Shown here: in pieces, positions 9,963-21,415 of the stretch
Layout: each line of letters starts with the position of its first letter
Position numbering within the stretch: the first letter of the stretch is position 1
Program-made: the position numbers and the translations under genes
Source of the DNA: Candidatus Puniceispirillaceae bacterium
GTDB taxonomy: Bacteria > Pseudomonadota > Alphaproteobacteria > Puniceispirillales > Puniceispirillaceae
DNA length: 64,000 nucleotides
Reading direction: 5' to 3'
Assembly: GCA_965656625.1 (NCBI GenBank)
Contig: CBFHLG010000013.1
Span: 2,549 to 66,548, forward strand
Notes under the pieces: model-generated
What the model was told of the DNA's origin: nothing
Databases searched by the model: none
Seen by the model: the letters and a program-made list of their open reading frames with translations, nothing else

Positions 9963-11897
9963 TCAAGTTTTTGCGCGCTTCAGGTCAGGGGCCAGCGCCT
10001 CATCAGCCAACATCGCCATGGCTTCATCAAGGCTGATGATTTCCTGCTTGTCCGATCCTAAGCGCCGTAAAGCCACTGTTCCGGCTTCAGCCTCACGCCC
10101 GCCAACAGCCAGAATAAAGGGCACTTTTGCGGTTGAATGTTCGCGAATCTTATAGCCAATTTTCTCATTCCGCGCGTCCAGTTCGGCCCGCAGACCCGCC
10201 GCCGCCGCCGCGGCATGCACCAGCTTGGCATAGTCATTTGCGCTGTCTGTAATCGGCGCAATAACCGCCTGGACCGGGGACAGCCAGACCGGCATCCGGC
10301 CTGAATATTGTTCAATAAGAATCCCGATCCAGCGTTCAAGCGAGCCCAAGATCGCGCGGTGCAGCATCACCGGCCGACGCCGCGCACCATCTTCGGCGAC
10401 ATATTCTGCATCAAGGCGTTCAGGCAGCACAAAATCAACCTGCAGCGTGCCGCACTGCCAGTCACGGCCGATAGCATCGCGCAGAACAAATTCCAGCTTC
10501 GGGCCATAAAACGCGCCCTCACCCGGGTTCAGAACCGTTTCAAGGCCAGCCGCTTCGGTTGCATCCCGTAATGCGGCCTCTGCCTTATCCCAGGTGCTGT
10601 CATCACCAGCCCGTACCTCTGGCCGGTCAGAGAATTTCACCCGGATATCCTCAAACCCGAAATCAGCATAGATATCCTGAAGCAGGTTACAGAAGGCCAC
10701 TGATTCTGAATTGATCTGATCTTCAGTACAGAAGATATGAGCGTCATCCTGGGTGAACGCGCGCACCCGCATAATGCCATGCAAGGCCCCGGAGGGCTCA
10801 TTTCTGTGACAAGAGCCGAACTCAGCCATCCGCAACGGCAGGTCGCGATAGGATTTCACCCCCTGACGATAGATCTGGACATGGCCTGGACAGTTCATCG
10901 GCTTCAGGGCCAGAGTCCGATCTTCTGTGGTTTCGGCCGTAAACATATTGTCACCGAATTTATCCCAGTGGCCAGAAGCTTCCCACAGGCTGCGGTCAAC
11001 AAGCTGCGGGGTTTTCACCTCGCTGTAACTAGCCTCATCCAGACGGCGGCGCATATACATCTCAATCTCGCGATAGAGAATCCAGCCCTTGGCATGCCAG
11101 AACACAGACCCGGCCGCCTCTTCCTGAAGATGGAAGAAATCCAGCTGGCGGCCCAGCTTGCGGTGATCGCGCTTTTCGGCCTCTTCCAGCATGGTCAGAT
11201 ACTGCGCCAACTCCTTTTCAGTTAGCCAGGCCGTGCCATAAATCCGCTGCAACATAGGCCGGTTTGAATCGCCGCGCCAATACGCTCCGGCAACCTTCAT
11301 CAGCTTGAACGCATGACCCGCCCGGCCCGTTGACGCCAGGTGCGGGCCGCGGCACAGATCAATAAACTGGCCTTGGGTATAATAAGAGACAGTTTCGTCC
11401 TGCGGGATAGCTTCTACCAGCTCAACTTTGAACGGCTCGTTCTTTTCCCGGTAGAAGGCGACCGCCTCATCTCTGGTCCAGACCGCCCGTTCAATCAGCT
11501 CATCCCGGTCCACGATTTCATGCATCCGGGCTTCGATAGCCTCCAGATCATCTGTAGTGAACGGCTGTTCACGGTGAAAATCATAATAAAAGCCGTTTTC
11601 AATCGCCGGGCCGATCGTCACTTGTGTGTCCGGATACAGCTCAAGAACGGCTTCAGCCATGATATGAGCACAGTCATGACGCACCAGCTCCAGCGCAGCG
11701 TCTGTATTTTTGGCCGTGATAATCTGCACATCACTGTCATCATCAATAGCCCGGGTCAGGTCCCAATCCGCCCCGTTAACCACAGCCGCCATCGCTGCCT
11801 TGGCCAGACCAGGGCCAATATCACTGGCAATCTGAGCCGGGGTCACCGCCGCATCATACTGGCGTTCTGATCCGTCAGGGAGTGAAATCGTAGGCAT
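9963..11897 (-). CDS. thrS: Threonine--tRNA ligase
   Basis: 644 aa. TGS domain, editing-domain HxxxH (HDCAHIM), class II core ([30 protein letters not shown]), and an anticodon-binding domain. Confidence 0.96.
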   Translation of the reverse strand: MPTISLPDGSERQYDAAVTPAQIASDIGPGLAKAAMAAVVNGADWDLTRAIDDDSDVQIITAKNTDAALELVRHDCAHIMAEAVLELYPDTQVTIGPAIENGFYYDFHREQPFTTDDLEAIEARMHEIVDRDELIERAVWTRDEAVAFYREKNEPFKVELVEAIPQDETVSYYTQGQFIDLCRGPHLASTGRAGHAFKLMKVAGAYWRGDSNRPMLQRIYGTAWLTEKELAQYLTMLEEAEKRDHRKLGRQLDFFHLQEEAAGSVFWHAKGWILYREIEMYMRRRLDEASYSEVKTPQLVDRSLWEASGHWDKFGDNMFTAETTEDRTLALKPMNCPGHVQIYRQGVKSYRDLPLRMAEFGSCHRNEPSGALHGIMRVRAFTQDDAHIFCTEDQINSESVAFCNLLQDIYADFGFEDIRVKFSDRPEVRAGDDSTWDKAEAALRDATEAAGLETVLNPGEGAFYGPKLEFVLRDAIGRDWQCGTLQVDFVLPERLDAEYVAEDGARRRPVMLHRAILGSLERWIGILIEQYSGRMPVWLSPVQAVIAPITDSANDYAKLVHAAAAAAGLRAELDARNEKIGYKIREHSTAKVPFILAVGGREAEAGTVALRRLGSDKQEIISLDEAMAMLADEALAPDLKRAKT

Positions 11898-11941
11898 AGT
11901 CTTCAGTCCTGTTGTTCATGCTTAACGCGTTGCCTGCCGGG

Positions 11942-13108
11942 CTATCCAGCCCTGTCTTGCAACAGATTATCGTAAATTTCCATTGTTTTTTGACACATTT
12001 TCTCTTTCGAGAAGAATTTGGTGATATGCGCACGCGCCCGTTTCGCCAGACGGGCCCGGTCTGCCTCAGATAAATCAAGAGCTGAGGCCAGCGCGCGCGT
12101 CAGATCATCAACATCGCCCGGGGTGGCCAGCCAGCCGGTCTTGCCGTCCAACACAGATTCAACAGCCCCGCCATGATTAAAGGCAACCACCGGCCGGCCC
12201 ATCGCGCCCGCTTCCACCGCCACCCGGCCAAAGGGTTCCGGGATAGTTGACGGCATCGCGATAACATCTGCCAACATAAAAGCAGCTGGCATATCATCAC
12301 TGCCGGTGGCAATCCGCAGGCGGCCGTCAAGACCTGTTTTACGGGCTAACTGTTCCAGACCGGCCACAAACCGCGCCTGCCCATCACCCGCGCCAAGCAG
12401 CAACAACGTAACATCATGCCGGTTCAGGGCAGCAACCGCGCGGATAATAACCTCATGACCTTTCCAGCTGGTTGGCCGTGCCGGCAACATCACCACCCGG
12501 CCATCTTCAGGCAGCTTCAGCCTCTCAGCCTCGCGGATAATGCGCTGCTGGGTCACGCTGGCGGGATCAAATATAGCTGTATCCACACCGCGGTGAATAA
12601 CGCTAACCTCGTCAGCTGATTTGTGCTGAGCGTAATGTGAAGCAATTATCGATTTGATAAACTCGGATATCGCGATCACCGCATCAGCTTTCAGCATCTT
12701 CCGGTTATAGAGATGTTTAAACGCATTTTTAGGCGCGAATTTACTGTGAATAGTCGATACCGTCGCCATCGACAGACGGGCGGCAACCGGCAGGGCTATC
12801 CAGGCTGGCGCGCGAGAGCGGACATGCACGATATCAGCCCCCTCAGCCCGCAGAATCTGCGACAGCTTTGATCTGATTAACGGCCATTTAAACGGGTTTT
12901 TGGAATGCACCGGCAGGCGGTGAACCGTTGCCCCCATCCTGGTCAGCTGGGATTCAAGCAGGCCGCCATTGCTGATCACCACAGCCTTATAGCCGCGATC
13001 AATGAGGGCTCTGGCGATTTCAACTGTGCCGCGTTCAACCCCGCCTCTGTTCAGGGCGGGCAGGATCTGAACAATAACCGGACGGGTAATGGAATGTTGT
13101 TTGGGCAT
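11942..13108 (-). CDS. Glycosyltransferase family 4 (GT-B, group 1)
   Basis: 388 aa. N-terminal LPALNRGGVERGTVEIARAL and C-terminal EPFGRVAVEAGAMGRPVVAFNHGGAVESV (EX7E-type motif). Confidence 0.85.
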   Translation of the reverse strand: MPKQHSITRPVIVQILPALNRGGVERGTVEIARALIDRGYKAVVISNGGLLESQLTRMGATVHRLPVHSKNPFKWPLIRSKLSQILRAEGADIVHVRSRAPAWIALPVAARLSMATVSTIHSKFAPKNAFKHLYNRKMLKADAVIAISEFIKSIIASHYAQHKSADEVSVIHRGVDTAIFDPASVTQQRIIREAERLKLPEDGRVVMLPARPTSWKGHEVIIRAVAALNRHDVTLLLLGAGDGQARFVAGLEQLARKTGLDGRLRIATGSDDMPAAFMLADVIAMPSTIPEPFGRVAVEAGAMGRPVVAFNHGGAVESVLDGKTGWLATPGDVDDLTRALASALDLSEADRARLAKRARAHITKFFSKEKMCQKTMEIYDNLLQDRAG

Positions 13109-13251
13109 AAAATTCTTAATGATGAACGTGCAAAATGATACAACGATACAGGTAACCTGTCAGCCCCGCTTTGGCAACGACCTAATTCTCTATTCTATAA
13201 TGCGGGGCCGCAGGGGACACCCCGTGCTGACAAAAAAGGACAAGATCTCTG

Positions 13252-14055
13252 ATGCAAAATACCGGCCATACAGACAACACAGCCTATCTCAGTTGCCCTG
13301 ACGGCACAAAACGCGCCTATCTGCGTCATGAGGGCCGCGACGGCGTGCCCGGGCTCGTGTTTCTGGCCGGCCATGGTTCAGACATGTTCGGCACCAAAGC
13401 CGAAATATTGCATCAACTGGCGGTGGCGGCGGATATCCCGTTTCTGCGGTTTGATTATTTCGGGCATGGCCTGTCTGACGGGGCCTTTCTGGACGGCACA
13501 ATTTCGGCCTGGGTTGAAGATTGTGTGCTGATGCTTGACCAGTTAACCAGCGGGCCGCAAATTCTGGTCGGATCATCGCTTGGCGGGTGGCTGATGATAC
13601 GGGCTGCTCAGAAACGCCCGGAACGTGTGGCCGGGCTGGTTGGTATCGCCGCCGCGCCGGATTTCACCGAAACCCTGATATGGGACGCGCTGACAGAACA
13701 ACAAAAACAACAGATGCAGGCGTGCGGGCAAATCGCTCTGCCCAACCCCTACGCACCTGAGGACGTCATCTATCCTTATCATCTGGTCACAGACGGGCGC
13801 GATAATCTGGTTCTGGACAAGCCTATCGGACTGGATATCCCTGTGGTTCTGCTACAGGGTATGGCCGATCATGAGGTGCCCTGGCAGACCGCCCTCAGCA
13901 TTGCCGAGAGGTGGCAGACAGAACAGGTGCAAGTGATTTTGGACAAAGCCGCTGGCCACCGGTTTTCTGAAGACAGCCAGATAGAGCAGATATGTTCAGC
14001 TGTGCGCGGGCTGTATGATAAGATAGCAGCGGCACCGCAAAGGGAACGGGTCTAA
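13252..14055 (+). CDS. Alpha/beta-fold hydrolase
   Basis: 267 aa. HG oxyanion motif (FLAGHGSDM), nucleophile elbow GSSLGG, and a C-terminal AGHRF His. Confidence 0.8.
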   Translation: MQNTGHTDNTAYLSCPDGTKRAYLRHEGRDGVPGLVFLAGHGSDMFGTKAEILHQLAVAADIPFLRFDYFGHGLSDGAFLDGTISAWVEDCVLMLDQLTSGPQILVGSSLGGWLMIRAAQKRPERVAGLVGIAAAPDFTETLIWDALTEQQKQQMQACGQIALPNPYAPEDVIYPYHLVTDGRDNLVLDKPIGLDIPVVLLQGMADHEVPWQTALSIAERWQTEQVQVILDKAAGHRFSEDSQIEQICSAVRGLYDKIAAAPQRERV

Positions 14056-14720
14056 AAATCCAGCTCGCTATAGTGAGCCGCTGGCGGCATGCCGACCAGA
14101 ATATCAGATAATAACGGCCGGAAGCTGGGCCGGCTTTTCAGCTTCATGTACCACATCTTGGCTTCTTGGCAGCGGTCCCAATCGATATCACCAAAATAAT
14201 CAAGTACAGACAGATGCGCGGCCGCCACCAAATCAGCCAGCGACATGTTGGCCCCGGCCAGCCAGGCATTCTGCGCCGCCAGCCAGTCAATATAACCCAG
14301 ATGTATCTGTGCATTGGCCAGCGCCGCGCGCATAACTGTTGAGGACGCCGGCTGGCCAGAATCAAATCTCTTGATAATCCGCTCACGGATTAGGGGGCGG
14401 GACACTTCAAGGGTGAATTTGGTTTCAAACCAGTCGATCAGCCGCCTGACTTCTGCGCGTTCACCGGCTGTCTTGGGCATCAACTCGCTGTTCTCGACAA
14501 TTTCTTCCAGCCATTCACTTATGACCCGCGCGCCGCAAACCACACCCAGATTTTCATCTTCCAGAACCGGCACATCGCCAGCCGGATTCAGGGCTAAAAA
14601 CTCTTCATCCCGCAGCCAGGGAATTTGCGTGCGCAAGCTTATATCCAGCTCATATTCACCGCACTGCAAACGGATAAACCGGCTGGAGGGGGATAGGGGG
14701 TAATGATGCAGAACCGCCAT
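14052..14720 (-). CDS. Glutathione S-transferase family protein
   Basis: 222 aa. N-terminal thioredoxin-like GST fold (LHHYPLSPSSRFIRL..., VPVLED) and a helical C-terminal domain. Its stop codon overlaps the stop of the convergent hydrolase gene. Confidence 0.8.
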   Translation of the reverse strand: MAVLHHYPLSPSSRFIRLQCGEYELDISLRTQIPWLRDEEFLALNPAGDVPVLEDENLGVVCGARVISEWLEEIVENSELMPKTAGERAEVRRLIDWFETKFTLEVSRPLIRERIIKRFDSGQPASSTVMRAALANAQIHLGYIDWLAAQNAWLAGANMSLADLVAAAHLSVLDYFGDIDWDRCQEAKMWYMKLKSRPSFRPLLSDILVGMPPAAHYSELDF

Positions 14721-14723
14721 GTC

Positions 14724-15236
14724 TCAGCCCTCCGCCATCCGGTCTGTCATCGACAGAACAGCAATCGGCCCATCTGGCAGACTATCCAGCCCTGTCTGTG
14801 TCAGAGCGCGTATCTGCAGGACGTTGGGCGCAATATCGCCTGGCCAGATAAACTGGCCATCTGCGGTATGGGTAAAGCCAAATTTAGGATAATAATCAGG
14901 ATCACCTGAAACCAGCACAAAATCCCACCGGTTTTGTTGCTGGGCCCGTCTGATCCCGTCTATCACCAGAGCGCGGCCAAATCCCTGACCATGCAGTTCT
15001 GGCTGCACCGCGAGCGGGCCCAACAACAGTTGCGGGCGACCACAAACCAGCACTTCCCAGAAACGCAGGCTGCCACAGATTTTATTGCTCTTAGACGCCA
15101 CCAGACACAAGGCGTCGACAGGCGGACCCGGCCGCAAATGCCATACTGCGCGCCGGCTACGCACCGAACCAAACGCCGCCGTCATCAAGCTGGCGACATC
15201 CACTTGATCTGTGTCTGCCTGAAGTCTGATATCCAC
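14724..15236 (-). CDS. GNAT family N-acetyltransferase
   Basis: 170 aa. Acetyl-CoA binding motif A (LAVQPELHGQGFGRALV). Confidence 0.8.
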   Translation of the reverse strand: MDIRLQADTDQVDVASLMTAAFGSVRSRRAVWHLRPGPPVDALCLVASKSNKICGSLRFWEVLVCGRPQLLLGPLAVQPELHGQGFGRALVIDGIRRAQQQNRWDFVLVSGDPDYYPKFGFTHTADGQFIWPGDIAPNVLQIRALTQTGLDSLPDGPIAVLSMTDRMAEG

Positions 15237-15273
15237 CCGCGATACCCCCCGTTGTCAGGCTTAAGGGTATAGC

Positions 15274-18200
15274 CTATGCGGTCTGGCTTGACAATTCAGC
15301 TTCTGCGATTGGATGCGATAAGGTCGACAGAATTTCGGTCGGCACAACATGCCAGAACTGGTTCACTTCTGTATCCCAGTCATTCAGCAGACGTTTTGCC
15401 AGTGCAGAATCGGTTTCTCGGGCATGGCGCGTAACAAGGCTGTGCAGTTCTGCCTGCCAGTGGCCTTCATTCACACGTCTGATCTGCAAGGTTTCCGGAT
15501 TCACATTTGACAGGAACTGATCGTCCGGGTCGTATATGAACGCCATTCCGCCGGTCATGCCCGCACCGAAATTATCCCCTGTTGAGCCCAGAATAACAAC
15601 CACGCCGCCAGTCATATATTCGCACCCGTTAGAGCCGCAGCCTTCAACCACCGCCGTCGCCCCAGAGTTGCGCACACACAACCGTTCACCTGCCTGACCA
15701 TTAGCCAGCAGCACACCGGATGTCGCGCCATACATAACTGTATTGCCGATGATGGTGTTTTTCTCTGCGGCAAAGCGGGCGGACGGGCCAGGGCGAACCG
15801 TGATCATCCCGCCAGACAGACCTTTGCCCACATAATCGTTTGCATCGCCGACCACATCAAGCCGCAGCCCCTGGACCGCAAAGGCACCCAGTGACTGGCC
15901 AGCAGAGCCACGCAGATTGGCGGTGATCTGGCCTTCGCGCAGACCGGTCATACCAAACCGGCGCACAATATGAGAAGACAGCCTGGTGCCAATGGCCCGT
16001 GCTGTATTCTCAATATTATAGGCCAGCTGCATCTTGCCGCCGCTTTCCAGCGCGTTGCGGGCATCCTTTATCATCAGCGCATCAAGCGTGTCAGCCACCT
16101 CAACACGCCCCTCAGCACCGCTGTAGCCAGATGCGCCTTCGCCGTCAGCCTGAACCAGAATGGGGTTCAAATCGAGATCATCAAGCGCCGCATCACCGCG
16201 TGAAACCTGTTTCAACAGATCAGTCCGGCCGATCACTTGTCTCAGGCTGGTAAACCCGAGAGATGCCAGAATTTCGCGGACTTCCTCAGCCACATGGGTA
16301 AACAGCTGAACCACCTTTTCAGGCGTGCCTTCAAATTTTGCCCGCAGATCATCACGCTGTGTGCAGACCCCGACAGGACAGGTGTTGGAATGACATTGGC
16401 GCACCATGATACAGCCCATGGCCACCAATGAAGAGGTGCCAATACCATATTCATCTGCCCCCAGCATCGCCGCCATGACAATATCGCGGCCTGTTTTCAA
16501 GCCGCCGTCTGTACGCAACACAACCTTGTCACGCAGACCATTCATGGTTAGCACCTGATGCACTTCGGACAGGCCCATTTCCCACGGCATGCCAGCATGT
16601 TTAATCGAGGATTGCGGGCTGGCCCCGGTACCGCCGCCATGTCCGGAGATCAAGATGGTATCGGCCTTTGCCTTGGCCACACCAGCCGCGATAGTCCCGA
16701 TGCCGGTTGAGGCGACAAGCTTCACACAAACACGGGCTTCAGGATTGATCTGTTTCAGATCGTAAATCAGCTGGGCTAAATCTTCGATAGAGTAGATATC
16801 ATGATGAGGCGGCGGTGATATCAGGGTCACACCAGGTGTTGAATGGCGCAGCTTGGCGATCAGGCTGTTTACCTTGATCCCGGGCAGCTGGCCGCCCTCA
16901 CCAGGCTTAGCGCCTTGGGCCACCTTAATTTCCAGCTCTTCACAATGGTTCAGATATTCAGCCGTGACCCCAAACCGGCCAGAAGCAACCTGTTTGATCG
17001 CACTGGACGGGTTATCACCGTTTTCACGTAACCGGAAGCGGGCCGGGTCTTCACCGCCCTCACCTGAATCTGACTTCGCCCCAATACGATTCATGGCGAT
17101 AGACAGGGTTTCATGGGCCTCAGGGCTCAACGCACCAAGCGAAATGCCCGGCGAGACCAGCCGTTTGCGGATATTGGTGATGCTTTCCACAGAATCCACA
17201 TCCAACTGCGGGTTTTTAAATTCGAAATCCAACAAATCACGCAGATTAACCGGCCCCTGGCGGGAGACCAGCTCAACATATTTTTTCCAACTGGCATAAG
17301 ACCCGGTATCACAGGCATGTTGCATAGCATGGATGATCTGGCCATCAAACGCGTGACGTTCACCCGATTTCCGATACCGGAACAGCCCGCCAACAGGCAG
17401 ATAGGACAGGTTATCCACATAAGCTGTCTTATGCAGAGCCGTCAGCCGCGACTGAATCCCGATGAGGCCAAGCCCAGAAATCCGAGATGACATTGGCGGG
17501 AAAAACTCCGCTACCAACGCCCGCGACAAACCAAGGGCTTCAAAATTATAGCCACCGCGATAGGACGCAATGACCGAAATGCCCATCTTTGACATGATTT
17601 TCAAAAGGCCGTCTTCAATGGCTTTGCGGTAATTGGCAACGGCATCAGCCAGACTAAGCCCGTCAAGCAGGCCTTTTTCCATCCGCTCTGCAATGGTCCA
17701 TTCAGCCGCATAGGCATTGATGGTGGTTGCCCCGACACCGATAAGAACAGCAAAATGATGCACATCAAGACATTCACCAGAGGCCACATTCACCGACGCA
17801 AAGGTGCGTAATTGATGCTTGACCAGATGTGAGTGAACCGCACCGGTTGCCAGAATCATCGGCAAAGGCACATTATCTTTTGAGGCGGTCCGGTCTGTCA
17901 GCATCACATGCTCACAGCCGCCGCGCACAGCCTGTTCGGCTTCTGCCCTGATCCGGTCAAGGGCGACGCGCATGCCATCCGGACCAGAGGAGGCGGGGAA
18001 GCTGCAGTCAATTTCCACCGCCTTATCGCCCAGATGGTGCTTTAGCGCATGCCATTCAGAATTGGTCACCACAGGCGATTTCAGCACCAGATGTTCACAT
18101 TGCTCCGGGCTTTCATCCAGAATATTACCCAGATTGCCGAGCCGTGTGCGCAAGGTCATGACATGGCGTTCACGAAGGCTGTCAATCGGCGGGTTCGTCA

Positions 18201-19818
18201 CTTGCGAGAAATTCTGGCGGAAGAAATGATGCAGGCCGCGATACCGGCCAGACAACACCGCCAAGGGCGCATCATCACCCATGGAGCCAACCGCTTCTTT
18301 GCCGGTCGCGGCCATAGGCGCCAGGATCAGTTCCATATCTTCCATCGACCAGCCAGACATCAACTGGCGGCGACGGCGGGTATCCTCATCTGGACGGTCT
18401 TCTGCGGCCGGCTTGGCTTCTGCCAGAAGGCTGTCCATCGGCTTTGCCCGGCTGGTCCATTTCGCCCAGTCCTGACGGCCGGCCAGCTCTGCCTTTAATT
18501 CAGCATCATACACAATCCGGCCTTCAGCCAGGTTGACACCGATCATCTCGCCTGGGCCCAACCGGCCCCGTTCGGTGATATGGGCTTCATCAATATGCAC
18601 CATACCGGTTTCTGAGCCTGCGATCATCAGGCCATCATCGGTAAGGGTAAAGCGCATCGGGCGCAGACCATTACGGTCCATCCCGCCAATGACCCAGTCA
18701 CCAGACACCGCCGCAATAGCGGCTGGCCCGTCCCAGGGTTCCATCACAGAATTACAATAGGCATACAGCTTGGCCAGCTCATTATCTGCACTGACATCTG
18801 CTGCCTGCGGGATCATCATGGTCTTGACCATCGGCAGGTCTCTGCCTGCCTGAAGCAGCAATTCAAATACAGAATCAAGGGCAGCTGAATCAGAGCTGCC
18901 TTTGGCAATCACAGGCTTAATATCTTCAACCGCTCCTTCAAAAACGGCTGTGTCCATCCTGTCTTCATGACAAGACATCCAGTTCATATTCCCTCTGACG
19001 GTGTTGATCTCGCCATTATGGGCCAGCACCCGGAAAGGCTGCGCCAGACGCCAGGTTGGAAAGGTGTTGGTCGAATACCGCTGGTGATAAACAGCGAAGT
19101 TTGACACAAACAGCTCATCCAGCAGGTCAGGATAAAAGGCGGTCACCTGTTCGGCCAGGAACATGCCTTTATAGATAATAGACCGGGTCGACAGCGAACA
19201 GATGTAGAAATCAGTGACCAGTTCCGCCAGAACCGCTTTTTCAATCCGCCGCCGAATCAGATAAAGTTGGCGCTCAGCTTCCTGTTCAGACAGGTCCTGT
19301 GGCATGGAGAACATAATCTGTTCAATTTCAGGACGGGTCGCCATCGCCTTTTCGCCAAGCGCGGCGATATCCACCGGCACCTGTCTCCAGCCATAGATGA
19401 AATGGCCCATATTCAGGATTTCCTGTTCCACAATACAGCGACAGGTTTCCTGGGCGCCCAAATCGTTACGCGGCAAAAAGACCATGCCGACAGCCAGACG
19501 CCCGCCATCATCTTCATGGCCGGTTCGGGCAATGTGTTTAATAAAGAAGTCGCGCGGGATCGCCAGATGGATGCCAGCCCCATCGCCGGTCATACCGTCT
19601 GCATCAACCGCACCGCGATGCCAGATAGACTGCAACGCTTCAATCGCGGCATTGACCACAGAGCGGCGGGCAGACCCGTCCACAGAAGCGACAAACCCAA
19701 CCCCGCAGGCATCATGTTCCTGTTCTGGCTGCCATACACCGGCGTCCTGCAGCTTTTTCTCGTCCGCTTTACGCTTGTTCAACCAGTCAGCTGACCCGAA
19801 TGAGGATGTCTGTGTCAT
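15274..19818 (-). CDS. gltB: Glutamate synthase (NADPH) large subunit
   Basis: 1514 aa. N-terminal amidotransferase Cys (HDACGVGFVA), FMN/3Fe-4S central domains, and a C-terminal GXGXG domain. Confidence 0.97.
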   Translation of the reverse strand: MTQTSSFGSADWLNKRKADEKKLQDAGVWQPEQEHDACGVGFVASVDGSARRSVVNAAIEALQSIWHRGAVDADGMTGDGAGIHLAIPRDFFIKHIARTGHEDDGGRLAVGMVFLPRNDLGAQETCRCIVEQEILNMGHFIYGWRQVPVDIAALGEKAMATRPEIEQIMFSMPQDLSEQEAERQLYLIRRRIEKAVLAELVTDFYICSLSTRSIIYKGMFLAEQVTAFYPDLLDELFVSNFAVYHQRYSTNTFPTWRLAQPFRVLAHNGEINTVRGNMNWMSCHEDRMDTAVFEGAVEDIKPVIAKGSSDSAALDSVFELLLQAGRDLPMVKTMMIPQAADVSADNELAKLYAYCNSVMEPWDGPAAIAAVSGDWVIGGMDRNGLRPMRFTLTDDGLMIAGSETGMVHIDEAHITERGRLGPGEMIGVNLAEGRIVYDAELKAELAGRQDWAKWTSRAKPMDSLLAEAKPAAEDRPDEDTRRRRQLMSGWSMEDMELILAPMAATGKEAVGSMGDDAPLAVLSGRYRGLHHFFRQNFSQVTNPPIDSLRERHVMTLRTRLGNLGNILDESPEQCEHLVLKSPVVTNSEWHALKHHLGDKAVEIDCSFPASSGPDGMRVALDRIRAEAEQAVRGGCEHVMLTDRTASKDNVPLPMILATGAVHSHLVKHQLRTFASVNVASGECLDVHHFAVLIGVGATTINAYAAEWTIAERMEKGLLDGLSLADAVANYRKAIEDGLLKIMSKMGISVIASYRGGYNFEALGLSRALVAEFFPPMSSRISGLGLIGIQSRLTALHKTAYVDNLSYLPVGGLFRYRKSGERHAFDGQIIHAMQHACDTGSYASWKKYVELVSRQGPVNLRDLLDFEFKNPQLDVDSVESITNIRKRLVSPGISLGALSPEAHETLSIAMNRIGAKSDSGEGGEDPARFRLRENGDNPSSAIKQVASGRFGVTAEYLNHCEELEIKVAQGAKPGEGGQLPGIKVNSLIAKLRHSTPGVTLISPPPHHDIYSIEDLAQLIYDLKQINPEARVCVKLVASTGIGTIAAGVAKAKADTILISGHGGGTGASPQSSIKHAGMPWEMGLSEVHQVLTMNGLRDKVVLRTDGGLKTGRDIVMAAMLGADEYGIGTSSLVAMGCIMVRQCHSNTCPVGVCTQRDDLRAKFEGTPEKVVQLFTHVAEEVREILASLGFTSLRQVIGRTDLLKQVSRGDAALDDLDLNPILVQADGEGASGYSGAEGRVEVADTLDALMIKDARNALESGGKMQLAYNIENTARAIGTRLSSHIVRRFGMTGLREGQITANLRGSAGQSLGAFAVQGLRLDVVGDANDYVGKGLSGGMITVRPGPSARFAAEKNTIIGNTVMYGATSGVLLANGQAGERLCVRNSGATAVVEGCGSNGCEYMTGGVVVILGSTGDNFGAGMTGGMAFIYDPDDQFLSNVNPETLQIRRVNEGHWQAELHSLVTRHARETDSALAKRLLNDWDTEVNQFWHVVPTEILSTLSHPIAEAELSSQTA

Positions 19819-19845
19819 GATATATCTTCCTTAGTCTAATAAGGC

Positions 19846-21285
19846 TTAACCAGCGGCGCGGGTTTCACCGCGCTGCACCGCCTGAATATATTTGTCCATC
19901 TGCTCAGCCGCATCACGGCCGTCTCGGATACCCCACACCACAAGCGAGGCGCCGCGCACAATATCGCCAGCGGCAAACACGCCTTCAGCCGAGGTCATCA
20001 TGGTCTTCCAGTCTATCTGGACCGTGCCCCATTTGCTGACCCCTAATTCAGGCTGATCAAACAAGGTCGGCAGATTTTCAGGGTCAAACCCGAGCGCCTT
20101 GATAACCAGATCAGCATCCACATCGAAGTCTGAATTTTCGATAATTTGCGGCACCTGGCGGCCGGTTTCATCAGGCTGGCCCAGATGGATACGGCGGGCC
20201 CGCACGGCCCGAACAGTCCCATCGCCTAACAACGCGTGCGGGGCAGACAACCACTGAAAATTCACACCTTCTTCTTCGGCGTTTTCAACCTCACGCTGGC
20301 TGCCTGGCATATTCGCCTTGTCGCGGCGATACAGACAGGTTACCGATTTAGCTTTCTGGCGGATGGCGGTCCGCACGCAATCCATCGCCGTATCACCGCC
20401 GCCGATAACCACCACATTCTTGTCTTCAGCGTTCAAAACACCGCTGTCAAAGGCGGCAACCTCATCACCCAGTGATTTACGGTTACTGGCGGTCAGGAAA
20501 TCAAGCGCAGGCACAACCCCGTCAAGACCGATGCCAGGGACCTGAATATCGCGGGCTTTATAAACGCCGGTCGCAATCAGCACAGCGTCATGTTTAGCGC
20601 GCAAATCAGCAAAGGTGATGTCGCGGCCAATTTCGCAGTTCAGAACAAAATCAATGCCGCCCGCGCTCAGCAGTTCCGCCCGCCGCAACACGACATCCTT
20701 TTCCAGCTTGAAGCCGGGAATGCCATAGATTAACAACCCGCCAACCCGGTCATAGCGGTCATACACTGTTACCTTGTAGCCTTTGCGGCGCAGCACATCT
20801 GCAGCCGCCAGACCGGCCGGACCCGCGCCGATTATCCCAGCAGACAAACCGTTTTCCTCTGTTACCGCAATCGGCTTGACCCAGCCTTCTTCAAAGGCGG
20901 TTTCGGTGATATGTTTTTCGACCGCGCCGATGGTGACAGATTCGAACCCCTTTTCAATGACGCAATTGCCTTCACAAAGGCGATCCTGCGGGCAAATCCG
21001 GCCACAAATCTCAGGGAAGGTGTTGGTTGCAGACGACAGCTCATATGCTTCTTGCAGGCGGTTTTCCGCCGTTAACATTAACCAGTCGGGAATGTTGTTA
21101 TGAAGCGGGCAGTTGACCTGGCAGAACGGTACCCCGCATTGCGAACAACGGCTGGCCTGCTCTTCTGCACTGGCGACATTGAAATCAGAATAAATCTCAT
21201 CAAAATCAGCAACACGGTCCTGGGCTTTACGCTTTGCAGGCATCTCTTTTGCCTGACTGACGAACTGCAACATTTTGCCTGACAT
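19846..21285 (-). CDS. gltD: Glutamate synthase (NADPH) small subunit
   Basis: 479 aa. Fe-S Cys clusters (CSQCGVPFCQVNCP, CGRICPQDRLCEGNC) and two Rossmann motifs (IIGAGPAGLAAA, VIGGGDTAMDC). It lies upstream of gltB (gltD-gltB order). Confidence 0.96.
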   Translation of the reverse strand: MSGKMLQFVSQAKEMPAKRKAQDRVADFDEIYSDFNVASAEEQASRCSQCGVPFCQVNCPLHNNIPDWLMLTAENRLQEAYELSSATNTFPEICGRICPQDRLCEGNCVIEKGFESVTIGAVEKHITETAFEEGWVKPIAVTEENGLSAGIIGAGPAGLAAADVLRRKGYKVTVYDRYDRVGGLLIYGIPGFKLEKDVVLRRAELLSAGGIDFVLNCEIGRDITFADLRAKHDAVLIATGVYKARDIQVPGIGLDGVVPALDFLTASNRKSLGDEVAAFDSGVLNAEDKNVVVIGGGDTAMDCVRTAIRQKAKSVTCLYRRDKANMPGSQREVENAEEEGVNFQWLSAPHALLGDGTVRAVRARRIHLGQPDETGRQVPQIIENSDFDVDADLVIKALGFDPENLPTLFDQPELGVSKWGTVQIDWKTMMTSAEGVFAAGDIVRGASLVVWGIRDGRDAAEQMDKYIQAVQRGETRAAG

Positions 21286-21349
21286 GGGGCCTCTCCGTTT
21301 TGGTCTGCCGCGTTTGGGCGGCTCACTCCCGGTTAAACTGGGTCAACAA

Positions 21350-21377
21350 GTATTACCTATTTTGAAAAAAATTGCAA
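21350..21377 (-). promoter_or_regulatory. Candidate sigma70 promoter for gltDB
   Basis: On the minus strand: TTGCAA (21377..21372), 16 nt, TAATAC (21355..21350), in an AT-rich patch about 65 nt upstream of the gltD ATG. Confidence 0.3.
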
Positions 21378-21415
21378 GATCTATTTCCCTGACCATGAAG
21401 ATACTGACCCTGATT

